Source of the DNA: a virus
Virus record (IMG/VR): IMGVR_UViG_3300042464_000422
Strand: one strand, 5' to 3'
Length of the DNA stretch: 64,000 bases
Numbering within the stretch: the first letter of the stretch is position 1; each line of letters starts with the position of its first letter. This document shows, in pieces, positions 9,537 to 18,824 of this stretch. The notes under the pieces are model-generated. The model ran no database searches. It was not told the DNA's origin and worked only from the letters and a program-made list of their open reading frames with translations. The position numbers were made by a program, and so were the translations under genes.

Positions 9537-10292
9537 ATGATTTACACACCAGAATTAATTAAACAAGTGGCACCATCGGTGTTCGCAACAGAACCTTCAA
9601 GTAAATTAACTAACAAATATTCTTTTGTACCTACGGATCAGGTAATTGAATATTTTGTAAGAGAAGGTTGGGATGTTTCTTCGGCACATCAAACGGGTAG
9701 AGGTATCCATGCTTTACATGAAGTTAAATTCCGTAACAAACAATTACCGGCAGTTGGTGATACCTTAGTTGAGGCGATTGTTCGTAACTCACACAATGGT
9801 ACTTCAGGGTTTTCTTTGGGGGCTGGTCTTTATCGTTTGGTTTGTAGTAATGGTCTTGTTGTCCCTACGTCTGTTTCTGAAAGATTTAATATTCGTCATA
9901 AGGCATTTACTTTAGATGAGGTTAAAGAATTGACTGAAAGTTTTAGTAAGAAATTACCTAAGATTGAACATTCTGTTGGTAGAATGATGGCAAGAACATT
10001 AACAATTGATGAGAAGATTGATTTTGTTGAAAAATCCTCTAAGTTTAGATGGTCAATGGGATCTGTACCTGCGGAGTTAAATATTGAAGAAATATTAACA
10101 CCTTTAAGACACGAAGATTCTGGAGATGACCTTTGGTCAACATTCAATATGGTTCAGGAAAAATTTGTCCGAGGGGGTATTGAGTATAAGACAAAAACAG
10201 GTCGTAGATCAAGTTTAAGAAGTTTGAAAAACATATCATCTTTGAATTATGTTAACACAAAACTTTGGGAAACTGCTGAATCGATGTTGTAA
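9537..10292 (+). CDS. DUF932-family protein (phage/plasmid-like)
   Basis: The N-terminal region (...SFVPTDQVIEYF...GIHALHEVKFRNKQLP...IVRNSHNGTSGFSLGAGLYRLVCSNGLVV) resembles DUF932. Flanked by a promoter and a terminator. Confidence 0.55.
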   Translation: MIYTPELIKQVAPSVFATEPSSKLTNKYSFVPTDQVIEYFVREGWDVSSAHQTGRGIHALHEVKFRNKQLPAVGDTLVEAIVRNSHNGTSGFSLGAGLYRLVCSNGLVVPTSVSERFNIRHKAFTLDEVKELTESFSKKLPKIEHSVGRMMARTLTIDEKIDFVEKSSKFRWSMGSVPAELNIEEILTPLRHEDSGDDLWSTFNMVQEKFVRGGIEYKTKTGRRSSLRSLKNISSLNYVNTKLWETAESML

Positions 10293-10299
10293 ATACTAT

Positions 10300-10322
10300 G
10301 GGGTCTACGGACCCCATTTTTT
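10300..10322 (+). terminator. rho-independent terminator (GGGGTC-TACG-GACCCC followed by ATTTTTT)
   Basis: Perfect 6-bp GC stem, a tetraloop and a T-tract immediately after the stop of 9537..10292. Confidence 0.75.
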
Positions 10323-10327
10323 AAATT

Positions 10328-10663
10328 ATGGAAGATAAATATTTTTTAAAGGAAAATGACTTTTTGGGGATCCTTAAGGATAAACACCAAAAATTATATG
10401 GTATAATAAAAGTTAATAGTCATCTTATTTTAACTCCTGATTTATTAATCCAAAAAGAATTTGATATCGAATATCTTAATGGGGATGAGTACAACGGGGA
10501 GATAAAATATAATGAAGGGATTTTTAGACATAGATCTGGTTTTTATATATATTTATCTAAGATTACGGCAACAGAATTAAATTTTAGTGTTAGAGTTTAT
10601 TATGATGTTGATCAATTAGAAGAGGTAAAATTCTTCATAAAAAATTTGTTAAAATTAAAGTAA
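10328..10663 (+). CDS. hypothetical protein
   Basis: 111-aa ORF. Confidence 0.5.
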   Translation: MEDKYFLKENDFLGILKDKHQKLYGIIKVNSHLILTPDLLIQKEFDIEYLNGDEYNGEIKYNEGIFRHRSGFYIYLSKITATELNFSVRVYYDVDQLEEVKFFIKNLLKLK

Positions 10664-10668
10664 AAAAA

Positions 10669-10983
10669 ATGGAAATTACGAGTGTAGAATTACAAGAAAA
10701 AATCAACAAAGGTGAAAAACTTATTATTGAGTTTTGGGCTGAATGGTGTGGGCCATGTAGAATGATGAAACCCATCTTTGAGAGAATCTCAACTGAAAAT
10801 ACATCTGACGTACAAATGTATACAATGAATGTTGATTTAAATAGAGAAGTTGGGGCATCGTTAGGTATTAGAAGTATCCCTACGATTAAGGTAATCAATT
10901 CTGGTGAAGTTATTGACACAAAAGTTGGTGTTCTTAACGAAGGACAACTAAAAGGTATGTTAACTGAATTAATTAATGGATAA
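10669..10983 (+). CDS. trxA: thioredoxin
   Basis: WAEWCGPCRMM active-site motif (WCGPC) in a thioredoxin-sized fold. Confidence 0.85.
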   Translation: MEITSVELQEKINKGEKLIIEFWAEWCGPCRMMKPIFERISTENTSDVQMYTMNVDLNREVGASLGIRSIPTIKVINSGEVIDTKVGVLNEGQLKGMLTELING

Positions 10984-11260
10984 GGTAGCGGTTCTTTTTA
11001 CGATGAAACAATGTCCTTTTTGTCATATGTTAAAAGAAATGTTAGACAAAGAGGGTGTTGAATATGTTGATCGTGACATACACGAATATGAGGAAGAGTA
11101 TAACTTATTTGTTGAAGTAACAGAAAATGAGTTTGTTCCTGCGTTTATGTTGATTGAATCACCTGAGAATAATCCTGTTACTAGATTATTTGCCCCTGAC
11201 CGAGATTTTGAAGATATCAATCAGGGTGCTAAAATCATTAAAGAATTCTTTGAAAGATAG
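10976..11260 (+). CDS. glutaredoxin-like protein (NrdH-like), CPFC active site
   Basis: TMKQCPFCHMLKEML is a CxxC redoxin motif in a 94-aa protein overlapping the thioredoxin gene. Confidence 0.6.
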   Translation: MDKVAVLFTMKQCPFCHMLKEMLDKEGVEYVDRDIHEYEEEYNLFVEVTENEFVPAFMLIESPENNPVTRLFAPDRDFEDINQGAKIIKEFFER

Positions 11261-11292
11261 ATTAGAAGACAATAACGTCTTCCAATCTATCT
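11255..11292. terminator. long imperfect inverted repeat (16-bp arms, one mismatch) spanning the convergent stops of 10976..11260 (+) and 11262..11957 (-)
   Basis: agatagattagaagac-aataac-gtcttccaatctatct. The stem is formed by the last codons of both genes. Confidence 0.4.
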
Positions 11293-11957
11293 TGGATAAG
11301 ATATGGTTTTTCTCCCATAGGATCTAATATATCTTGAATTATATTATATCCATCCACTTTAGTTTTAAAGTCCTCTAAATCAAAGTCAAATAGGTCTAAT
11401 ATTAAAGATTTAATAATATTTTTATCTAATCCTTTATCTGTCACTATTTTAATTTTAAAATCTTCATTGGAATCAATTTTCTTACTAAAGAAAAAGTGAA
11501 CCTCATCAGTCATTATTGTGCTATAAACTTGGTTAAACATATAGTGGGTGTAGTAAACCATTAATCTACCACAGTTTAAACTATGACCGTAGGGGAATTC
11601 AGAATTGATTGATATTTCACTTAAAGGTTCAGGTTCTTCAACGAACGGGTGTTTATTAACTTTAACCCATCCTTTCTCAATGTTACCAATTTCTTGGTTA
11701 TATTTGATAATATCAATAACGTTAAGTGATTTTATTTCTAATGACGTTAAGATGTCTTGAAATTTTTCCGTAAATTCATCTCTTATTAAATTTACATCTA
11801 AAAATGTTTCACTTGTGGTTATACCATTTATAACATAAAAAGATCCCACATCTGAAACTTGTATTATTGAATTTTCATTCTTATCAATTTTAGATAAAAT
11901 GAAATCGGCAAATAAATTAACAATGCCTCTTTTTGAATTTTTATTTATTAATCTCAT
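11262..11957 (-). CDS. hypothetical protein
   Basis: 231-aa minus-strand ORF. Confidence 0.55.
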   Translation of the reverse strand: MRLINKNSKRGIVNLFADFILSKIDKNENSIIQVSDVGSFYVINGITTSETFLDVNLIRDEFTEKFQDILTSLEIKSLNVIDIIKYNQEIGNIEKGWVKVNKHPFVEEPEPLSEISINSEFPYGHSLNCGRLMVYYTHYMFNQVYSTIMTDEVHFFFSKKIDSNEDFKIKIVTDKGLDKNIIKSLILDLFDFDLEDFKTKVDGYNIIQDILDPMGEKPYLIQDRLEDVIVF

Positions 11958-12018
11958 ACCTTTTTTTTACAATTGATATGGATTTTAAATGAATATCTAA
12001 ATAGTTAATGATTTTTAG

Positions 12019-13104
12019 TTAAATATAATCTGATAACATATCATTTATATTCTTCTCAACTTCACGGTAGTCAGGATAATCTGGTATTCTAAAATCTAAG
12101 TAATCCATTATTTCCGAATCCATTAAATGTTTAATCATTTCGGTATATGATCCGTGATAGTCAAGGTTATCTTCGTTATATCCTGAACCTTCAAATGAAC
12201 TAAGAAATCTGTGTACATCATTATAAAAATCTCGTATTTTAATATATGGGGTATAATAAGTTCTATCATTCTTTGTTGACTGTTCTTCGGTTATGTCACC
12301 AACAAATAATCTTTCTAATTCTGATCTAACATCGTCATAAATTTCACTTTCATAAGCACTGTTATATGAGTTACTGTGTAGTGAGTACAATTCTTGTTTT
12401 AAATCATCAAGATCGTCATTAAGAAGTAGTTTCATTGATTCTTCATCTCTGAGTAATTCACCGACATTTTCCGTTGTAATTGTAAATTCTCCCGATTCAT
12501 TTGAAATACTATCAAAAAATTCAGTTTCATAATCATCAATTGATAAAACCTGATTACCAATACGATCAACTATATAATGAGAGATAACTTCTAAATTTTC
12601 TTTATCTAAAACTTCAATAACATCCCTATAAACATCATTAGTTGTGTCCCAATATGGTTCAAATATATCATCTTCACCTAAAACTGATTTTGCAACATCA
12701 CGGGGAGAAGTACTTCTACCATAATCTTTAAAAAATTGAGATAATTCTTCTCGGTCTGTTAAACGAAGGTAATAATCTTCACCCCTTAGCTCAACGTCTG
12801 ATAAAAGGTCATCACAAATAAATGACAAAGTTTCTTTTGGATTTTTCTCTAATTTATACAAAAGAAATTTATTTGATGATTCGTCTGGAACTGATCTATA
12901 TTCTAAATTATCTAAAAGACCTAAAGAATCCAAAAATTCCATTTCAGGAAAATCATCTTCCGGTATCTGATTTATATCAATTCTATCTAATAAGTTTTTA
13001 CCTTTTAAAAATTTTAAAAAAGTCGTAATTTTACGATTAAAAATAGGTGATATATCTTCCCAATCACCATCATTAAAATTTTGTATAATTTGTCTTAAAT
13101 CCAT
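12019..13104 (-). CDS. highly acidic hypothetical protein (361 aa)
   Basis: Minus-strand ORF, very D/E-rich. Confidence 0.6.
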   Translation of the reverse strand: MDLRQIIQNFNDGDWEDISPIFNRKITTFLKFLKGKNLLDRIDINQIPEDDFPEMEFLDSLGLLDNLEYRSVPDESSNKFLLYKLEKNPKETLSFICDDLLSDVELRGEDYYLRLTDREELSQFFKDYGRSTSPRDVAKSVLGEDDIFEPYWDTTNDVYRDVIEVLDKENLEVISHYIVDRIGNQVLSIDDYETEFFDSISNESGEFTITTENVGELLRDEESMKLLLNDDLDDLKQELYSLHSNSYNSAYESEIYDDVRSELERLFVGDITEEQSTKNDRTYYTPYIKIRDFYNDVHRFLSSFEGSGYNEDNLDYHGSYTEMIKHLMDSEIMDYLDFRIPDYPDYREVEKNINDMLSDYI

Positions 13105-13121
13105 ATCTAATTAATAAATAT

Positions 13122-13151
13122 AAAAAAAGGTGGAAAAATAATTCTCCACCT
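13122..13151 (-). terminator. minus-strand hairpin (7-bp stem AGGTGGA/TCCACCT) followed by a U-tract (A7 on +)
   Basis: Inverted repeat 13128-13134 / 13145-13151 with aaaaaaa at 13122-13128. It lies downstream of the minus-strand small ORF. Confidence 0.45.
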
Positions 13152-13172
13152 CAACAATTAGCATAACACCTA

Positions 13173-13313
13173 TTACTTATTCTTGTAATATTTCTCAACA
13201 ATTTTTTTCACAGATTCCTGAACCGTAGCATTTTGTGGTGCTGGCTGAGGTTGTGCTTGTGGTTGAGGTGCCGCTTGTGCTTGATTTTTTTTACATCCGC
13301 ATCCCATGATCAT
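13173..13313 (-). CDS. possible small Q/P/A-rich protein (46 aa), MIMGCGCKKNQAQAAPQPQAQPQPAPQ...
   Basis: Minus-strand ORF in a locally GC-richer patch, followed on its strand by a hairpin/T-tract terminator. Confidence 0.3.
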   Translation of the reverse strand: MIMGCGCKKNQAQAAPQPQAQPQPAPQNATVQESVKKIVEKYYKNK

Positions 13314-13357
13314 TTGTTTTTATTAGGTTTATTTATCTATAAATATCTAAAGATTAT

Positions 13358-13365
13358 TATATTTG
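13358..13365 (+). promoter_or_regulatory. -7 element TATATTTG
   Basis: TAnnTTTG match upstream of the acidic protein gene (8 nt before the ATG at 13373, 26 nt before the ATG at 13391). Confidence 0.4.
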
Positions 13366-13372
13366 TAAAGAA

Positions 13373-14881
13373 TTGAATATTTATTATTATATGTCAAGAA
13401 TAGTAGAGATAAAGGAAAGTGATTTAGTTGATCTAATAAAAACTATAATATTTGAGGAAACTGAAGATCAAAATGATTATTATGATCTTTCACCTGAACA
13501 GTATTATAAATTGTTACGATCTGTTAATTATGTGGCTCAGGCAATACCTAAGTTACCAATGTTTAAAGGTAAAAAACTTAGAGTTAATGGTAATTTAAAT
13601 TTATCCGATAAACCTATTAAAAGTTTGGGTGAATTATCAATAACTGGACAGTTAGATTTTAGGAATACAAATATAAAAAGTTTAGAGGGTGTTGAATATG
13701 GTGTCCTTGGGACTTATTATGGTACGCCATATTCGGAAGAAATTGAAAGACGTAAAAAACAAAAAGAAAGAGACGATGCCGATCAGAGAAGAATTGATGA
13801 TGAGTGGAATTTAAACGATACTGATAATACTGGGGAAATGGCTCATGCGGTATTCCGATTTATGGTTAATGAGGGTGATATTGATGAGTTAGATGAAGAT
13901 GAAATTGAAGAGTTAAAAAGTTTAGAACAAAAACTAGAGGAACTCCAAGATAGGATTGATGTTGAATCAGATGCTGATGTGGTTGATGAATTAACAAATG
14001 ATTATGATGAGTTACAATATGATATTGACGAACTTAAATCTAAAAATAATGATGTTTACGGATTAATTCCAACCGGTTATAATCATTATGAGATGGATAC
14101 ATTTAGATCAATTCATGATGATACAAATGGAAATACATATGCGGTTGGTACCGAATACGAAGCGGATAAATCTCTTGAAACTTATTATGATGATATGGTG
14201 GATGATTTAAGTAATTTTGATAAAAATACTTTATCTTATTATATTGATGGTGATGAGGTGGCTGAATATTTTGAGGAAACAATAAGAGAATGGATCTATG
14301 ATGACCCGGATAATTATGATGTGACAAGATATCTGTCCAAATCTCAAGAAACCGAAATAAAAGAATTAGAGGTTGAGTTATTTTTATTAAACTATGGTAT
14401 TATACCACCATTAGAATTGGTTGTTAACCGAGAAAATAATTGGGAGTACACTGATGGTGTCGGAAATAAAATAAACTTTATTTCCAACCAAGACGGTAGT
14501 AGTACGGTTTTATTAAATGGGACACCAACTCTCAAGAATCCGGTATATGAAGATATTGATTGGGATGAAATGTCAGAAAATATTTCTGAAAGAATTGTTG
14601 ATATTAATGATGAGATAGAAACAATAAAAGATAATCCGGATGGAGATCTTGATGACAGTACTGTTGAAAGAGAAGTTGAAGAAAAAATGGATGAAATAAA
14701 AGATGATCCAGTTAGATGGTTGGACGACTATGGTATGGAGTATCAACAATTTGTAGATGTGAGAGGTTTAAAGGACCAATTAGTAAGTGAATCGGATTAT
14801 GGTACATTGGCAAGTTATGACGGAACTTATGATGAAATTAGAGTTGATAATACAAACTACGTTGTCTTTAGAATTGACTAA
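13373..14881 (+). CDS. very acidic protein (D/E-rich, 502 aa) with an N-terminal LRR-like segment; possible DNA mimic or virion protein. Start could be 13391.
   Basis: Long ORF with extreme acidity. Confidence 0.65.
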   Translation: MNIYYYMSRIVEIKESDLVDLIKTIIFEETEDQNDYYDLSPEQYYKLLRSVNYVAQAIPKLPMFKGKKLRVNGNLNLSDKPIKSLGELSITGQLDFRNTNIKSLEGVEYGVLGTYYGTPYSEEIERRKKQKERDDADQRRIDDEWNLNDTDNTGEMAHAVFRFMVNEGDIDELDEDEIEELKSLEQKLEELQDRIDVESDADVVDELTNDYDELQYDIDELKSKNNDVYGLIPTGYNHYEMDTFRSIHDDTNGNTYAVGTEYEADKSLETYYDDMVDDLSNFDKNTLSYYIDGDEVAEYFEETIREWIYDDPDNYDVTRYLSKSQETEIKELEVELFLLNYGIIPPLELVVNRENNWEYTDGVGNKINFISNQDGSSTVLLNGTPTLKNPVYEDIDWDEMSENISERIVDINDEIETIKDNPDGDLDDSTVEREVEEKMDEIKDDPVRWLDDYGMEYQQFVDVRGLKDQLVSESDYGTLASYDGTYDEIRVDNTNYVVFRID

Positions 14882-14922
14882 TATCTTTACAGAATAGAAA
14901 AATATTATTATCTTTATGTGTA

Positions 14923-15705
14923 ATGGGAAGAAAGAAAAAAATAGAGTTTTTAATGAACACCGAGTGGATGTTTGAAAAACCTATTGACCAAGAGCACAAA
15001 GAATACAAGTTATTATCGTACTTCCAAAAAATGGGAGAAAAATTAGACAACATGGAACTGTATCCAAGTTTCATTGAATTATCATTACATTTAGCGAATA
15101 TCCAAACCTTAATTAAGGATAAGAAAATAATTTATACCGATAAGAAATTTTCAACAATAGACGATGAGTTACTTGTTAAAGATTTAAAGATCAAAGAAAT
15201 CCCAACACTGGAAAGTGATGAAATGGGTGAATTTACAAAAATACTTTCGTATAGTGCTCCAAGGATGTTAGAATACTTTAACATAGCAAAATCTGTTTGG
15301 GAAATAGTTTTTGATAGTATTGTTATGAAGTTAAAGAAAAACAAAAGTGAAGTTTTACAAAAAAAAGGTTATTTTTATTATATTAATCCTAAAGATGAGA
15401 TGTATTATGTTTGGGAGTATGATATTAAACCTGTTAATAAAAAATCACCTGAAAGTAAAACTTTAGTGAATTTAATATATTCAGATAAAAAAAATAATTT
15501 GACAATTACAAAAATTATAAATACATTTAGTCAATGGAACACAGAAAATAAATCAAAGTTACCTCTATTTGAAATGAGTTGTGAGGGTGAGTTTCCGATT
15601 AATGAAACACTTTTACCTCTTTTCAAAAGAAAGTTGATTAGTTATGTAAACCAAGTACAAATGTTGGAAAACTACAAAAAGAACAAGGAACAATTAAATT
15701 CTTAA
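14923..15705 (+). CDS. hypothetical protein
   Basis: 260-aa ORF with a TATCTTTA variant box at 14908-14915. Confidence 0.55.
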   Translation: MGRKKKIEFLMNTEWMFEKPIDQEHKEYKLLSYFQKMGEKLDNMELYPSFIELSLHLANIQTLIKDKKIIYTDKKFSTIDDELLVKDLKIKEIPTLESDEMGEFTKILSYSAPRMLEYFNIAKSVWEIVFDSIVMKLKKNKSEVLQKKGYFYYINPKDEMYYVWEYDIKPVNKKSPESKTLVNLIYSDKKNNLTITKIINTFSQWNTENKSKLPLFEMSCEGEFPINETLLPLFKRKLISYVNQVQMLENYKKNKEQLNS

Positions 15706-15706
15706 T

Positions 15707-15859
15707 ATGGATAAAAATTTTGACAAATTAATTGAAAAATTAATTAAGGATCTACCAAATGATATGGAGTTAGGTAGAGAAATCAGAAAGGCATATATTA
15801 AAAATGTAAAAGAAAAAAAATCCGAAACCCTTAAATCTAATTTAAATGGGATTCAATAA
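15707..15859 (+). CDS. small hypothetical protein (50 aa), missed by the track
   Basis: ATG 1 nt after the upstream stop (TAAtATG); overlaps the next ORF by 14 nt. Confidence 0.35.
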   Translation: MDKNFDKLIEKLIKDLPNDMELGREIRKAYIKNVKEKKSETLKSNLNGIQ

Positions 15860-16028
15860 AAGAATTTTCACAAAAGAACTTATTATAAGACACATTTATG
15901 ATATTGAAAGATATCTAAGTGTTGATGCGGCATTTTTGAGAGATGATTTCTCAAGAGATGTTTATAGAATGCATAATGAGGGAAAATCAAAAGAAGAAAT
16001 AATAAAATACATAAATGAAAACAAATGA
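15846..16028 (+). CDS. small hypothetical protein (60 aa)
   Basis: ATGA overlap with the glutamine synthetase start. Confidence 0.4.
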   Translation: MGFNKRIFTKELIIRHIYDIERYLSVDAAFLRDDFSRDVYRMHNEGKSKEEIIKYINENK

Positions 16029-17149
16029 AAATTAAGTTAGAGTATGTTTGGCTTGATGGATACAAACCAGAACCAAACCTTAGAAGTAAAGTTAAAATTG
16101 TTGAAAGTGAAGTTCCTATGGAATTAAAAGATATTCCGGTATGGAATTTTGATGGATCATCCACTTCTCAAGCGGAAACAGGTAATTCGGATCGTCTTTT
16201 AAAACCTGTTAGACAATATACAACCCATGGATTCCCATTCATAAATGATACTGTGTATGTGTTATGTGAAGTATTAAATCCTGATGGTACACCACACGAA
16301 TCAAATAAAAGATCTCAGATTGGAGATAACTTTGAAGATCTTTGGTTTGGTTTTGAACAAGAATACTTTATTCGTGAAGAAATTAACGGAAACATTTTAG
16401 GACATAAAAGAAACATTCTTAAAGGTCAGGGTGAATATTATTGTGGTGTGGGTCATAATGTTGTTGGTCGTGATTTTGTTGAAGAACATTTAGAAATGTG
16501 TTTAAACTACGGAATTGATATTACCGGTATAAATGCTGAAGTTGCTTTAGGCCAGTGGGAATATCAAGTATTTTCAAAAGGAAAACATAAAGGAGGAGAT
16601 GATCTCTGGATGACTCGTTACTTCTTATTTAAGATGGGGGAAAAATACGGATATCATATTGAACTACATCCAAAACCATTAACTCACGGAGAATGGAATG
16701 GATCAGGACTCCACACAAATTTTTCAACAGATATGATGAGAAACGAGGGGAATGAGAAATATTTTATGGCTTTGTTTAATGCATTTGAATCAAGACACCA
16801 AGATCATATTAAAGCGTATGGGTCCAACAACAACCTTCGTTTAACTGGTGAGTATGAAACTCAATCAATTGATAAGTTCAGTTGGGGTGTGTCTGATCGA
16901 GGAGCGTCAATTAGAGTTCCACAAGATACCGCAAAAGAATGGAAAGGTTATGTTGAAGATCGTAGACCTGGATCAAACGCGGATCCATACAAAATTATTC
17001 GTGAGATTGTTAAATCATTAGACACCACTAAACAAATCTATGAAATGAAAGATATAATGACTAGATTTGTTGATATGGATGGTTTAAGTGGTAAGTACAA
17101 TGCCATATCAAATGAAGAATTATTAAAAGAATATAGAGAGGAGGAATAA
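16025..17149 (+). CDS. glutamine synthetase type II-like (eukaryote-type GSII catalytic fold)
   Basis: Near-collinear match to GSII landmarks: YVWLDG..., WNFDGSSTSQAETGNSD, FEQEYF, YYCGVG...GRD, NAEV..GQWEYQV, NGSG.HTNFST, GASIR.P, YVEDRRP.SNADPY. Confidence 0.85.
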   Translation: MKIKLEYVWLDGYKPEPNLRSKVKIVESEVPMELKDIPVWNFDGSSTSQAETGNSDRLLKPVRQYTTHGFPFINDTVYVLCEVLNPDGTPHESNKRSQIGDNFEDLWFGFEQEYFIREEINGNILGHKRNILKGQGEYYCGVGHNVVGRDFVEEHLEMCLNYGIDITGINAEVALGQWEYQVFSKGKHKGGDDLWMTRYFLFKMGEKYGYHIELHPKPLTHGEWNGSGLHTNFSTDMMRNEGNEKYFMALFNAFESRHQDHIKAYGSNNNLRLTGEYETQSIDKFSWGVSDRGASIRVPQDTAKEWKGYVEDRRPGSNADPYKIIREIVKSLDTTKQIYEMKDIMTRFVDMDGLSGKYNAISNEELLKEYREEE

Positions 17150-17151
17150 TA

Positions 17152-17436
17152 ATGGATAATTTAAAAGTGTGTTTATGTGGGGGTACAGGACCTTGTCAGT
17201 GTCCTCCACTAAAAGTAGAACAAGTTAACCATCCACTACATTATGGTGGAGTAAACAATCCTTACGAAGCCATCAAGGTAATAGATGCTTGGGGATTAGG
17301 ATTTAGTTTAGGTAATACAGTAAAATACATTTCAAGAGCCGGAAAGAAAGATTCGGATAAAGAATTACAAGATTTAAAAAAGGCATTATGGTACTTACAA
17401 CACCATATTAAAATGTTAGAAAATCAAAATGGATAA
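17152..17436 (+). CDS. DUF3310-like phage protein
   Basis: The NHPLHYGG...EAIKVIDAWGLGF..GNTVKYISRAGKK...DLKKALWYL pattern resembles DUF3310. Confidence 0.45.
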   Translation: MDNLKVCLCGGTGPCQCPPLKVEQVNHPLHYGGVNNPYEAIKVIDAWGLGFSLGNTVKYISRAGKKDSDKELQDLKKALWYLQHHIKMLENQNG

Positions 17437-17749
17437 AAAAACTAAAAAAGTATTAGAAAAAGAGATTGTTGTTTTAGATGCGATAACAAGTCCGGGGGAA
17501 CTTATAAGAGAAACTTTAATTAATTTTACTTGGGGATTATTAGGGAACTCCGTAGTGGTTTTTGTTTCTAAAGAAATGGATTTCATGGTTTTAATTAACT
17601 ATATTTTATACTACATTTTAATATCATATATTGTGAATAGAAAAAAATACGAAACCATGTTAGGTAAGTTTATTGTACTTCCTGGATCGGCAGCAATCGG
17701 TGCTTATACGGGATACAAAATTGCACAATTAATTTCAGGAACATTATGA
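17429..17749 (+). CDS. small membrane protein (2 predicted TM)
   Basis: Hydrophobic segments FTWGLLGNSVVVFV and VLINYILYYILISYIV. Confidence 0.5.
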   Translation: MDKKTKKVLEKEIVVLDAITSPGELIRETLINFTWGLLGNSVVVFVSKEMDFMVLINYILYYILISYIVNRKKYETMLGKFIVLPGSAAIGAYTGYKIAQLISGTL

Positions 17750-18684
17750 AAATAGTAGTAACGGGAGGGGCGGGTTTTATAGGTTCCGCATTTATAAATC
17801 ACTTATTAGATAACTTTGAATGTGATGTTCTTTGTATTGATAAACTGACTTATGCTGGTAAAAGAGAAAATATCAAACATAATGTTTCGTTTCTACAAAA
17901 AGATATTTGTGAGGTGACGGCAGATCAACTTGGTGAATTTGATTATATTGTTCATTTTGCTGCGGAATCTCATGTAGATAATTCAATTAAAAATGGGTTA
18001 CCATTTGTTAGAACTAATGTGGAAGGAACATTCAATTTGTTGGAGATTTCAAGAAAGAATAAAAATCTTAAGAAATTTATTCACATCTCAACTGATGAAG
18101 TTTATGGGGACATGGATGATCATTTTGCAATAAACCATACTGCAACAGAGGAGAATAAGATTAAACCAAGTTCCTATTACTCATCAACTAAGGCAGCTTC
18201 TGATATGTTAGTTATTTCCGCAAATAGGACATATGGGTTACCATACTTAATCACAAGAACTTGTAATAATTTTGGGGAACATCAATTTGAAGAGAAATTC
18301 CTCCCAACAATTACAAGATCAATTAATGAGGGTAACTCAATACCTGTTTATGGTGATGGAAAACAGGTAAGGGAATGGATGTATGTGTATGATAATGTAA
18401 AAGTAATATGTGACCTAATGTTTGATGATGAGGTTATAAATCAAATTTTTAACATTGGAACACGTTTTAGATTAACTAATTTAGATATTATTAAAGAAAT
18501 AGGTATTATTTTAAATAAAGATGTTAAAATAAAACACGTTGAGGATAGATTAGGTCATGATAAGAAATATGGTTTAAATACCAATAAAATGGATAACTAC
18601 TATAAAAATAAACATGGACAAATACCTGAATTTTTAAATTTAATAAACTATCTAAAAAAAATTTACGGAAATGAAATGGGATAG
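17746..18684 (+). CDS. NAD-dependent epimerase/dehydratase (RmlB-like dTDP-glucose 4,6-dehydratase family)
   Basis: N-terminal TGGAGFIGS Rossmann motif and catalytic YSSTKAASD (YxxxK). Confidence 0.8.
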   Translation: MKIVVTGGAGFIGSAFINHLLDNFECDVLCIDKLTYAGKRENIKHNVSFLQKDICEVTADQLGEFDYIVHFAAESHVDNSIKNGLPFVRTNVEGTFNLLEISRKNKNLKKFIHISTDEVYGDMDDHFAINHTATEENKIKPSSYYSSTKAASDMLVISANRTYGLPYLITRTCNNFGEHQFEEKFLPTITRSINEGNSIPVYGDGKQVREWMYVYDNVKVICDLMFDDEVINQIFNIGTRFRLTNLDIIKEIGIILNKDVKIKHVEDRLGHDKKYGLNTNKMDNYYKNKHGQIPEFLNLINYLKKIYGNEMG

Positions 18685-18824
18685 GAATGAATGGCAAGGA
18701 AGATCGGAGGAACAGGTAAAACGTAACTATAAAGTATTTGGAATGGGTATTATAAGTATTTTTGTTGTTACCACTGGACTTTTAATTATTTATTTATTAT
18801 TATTATAAAAAACAAAAAAAAGAA

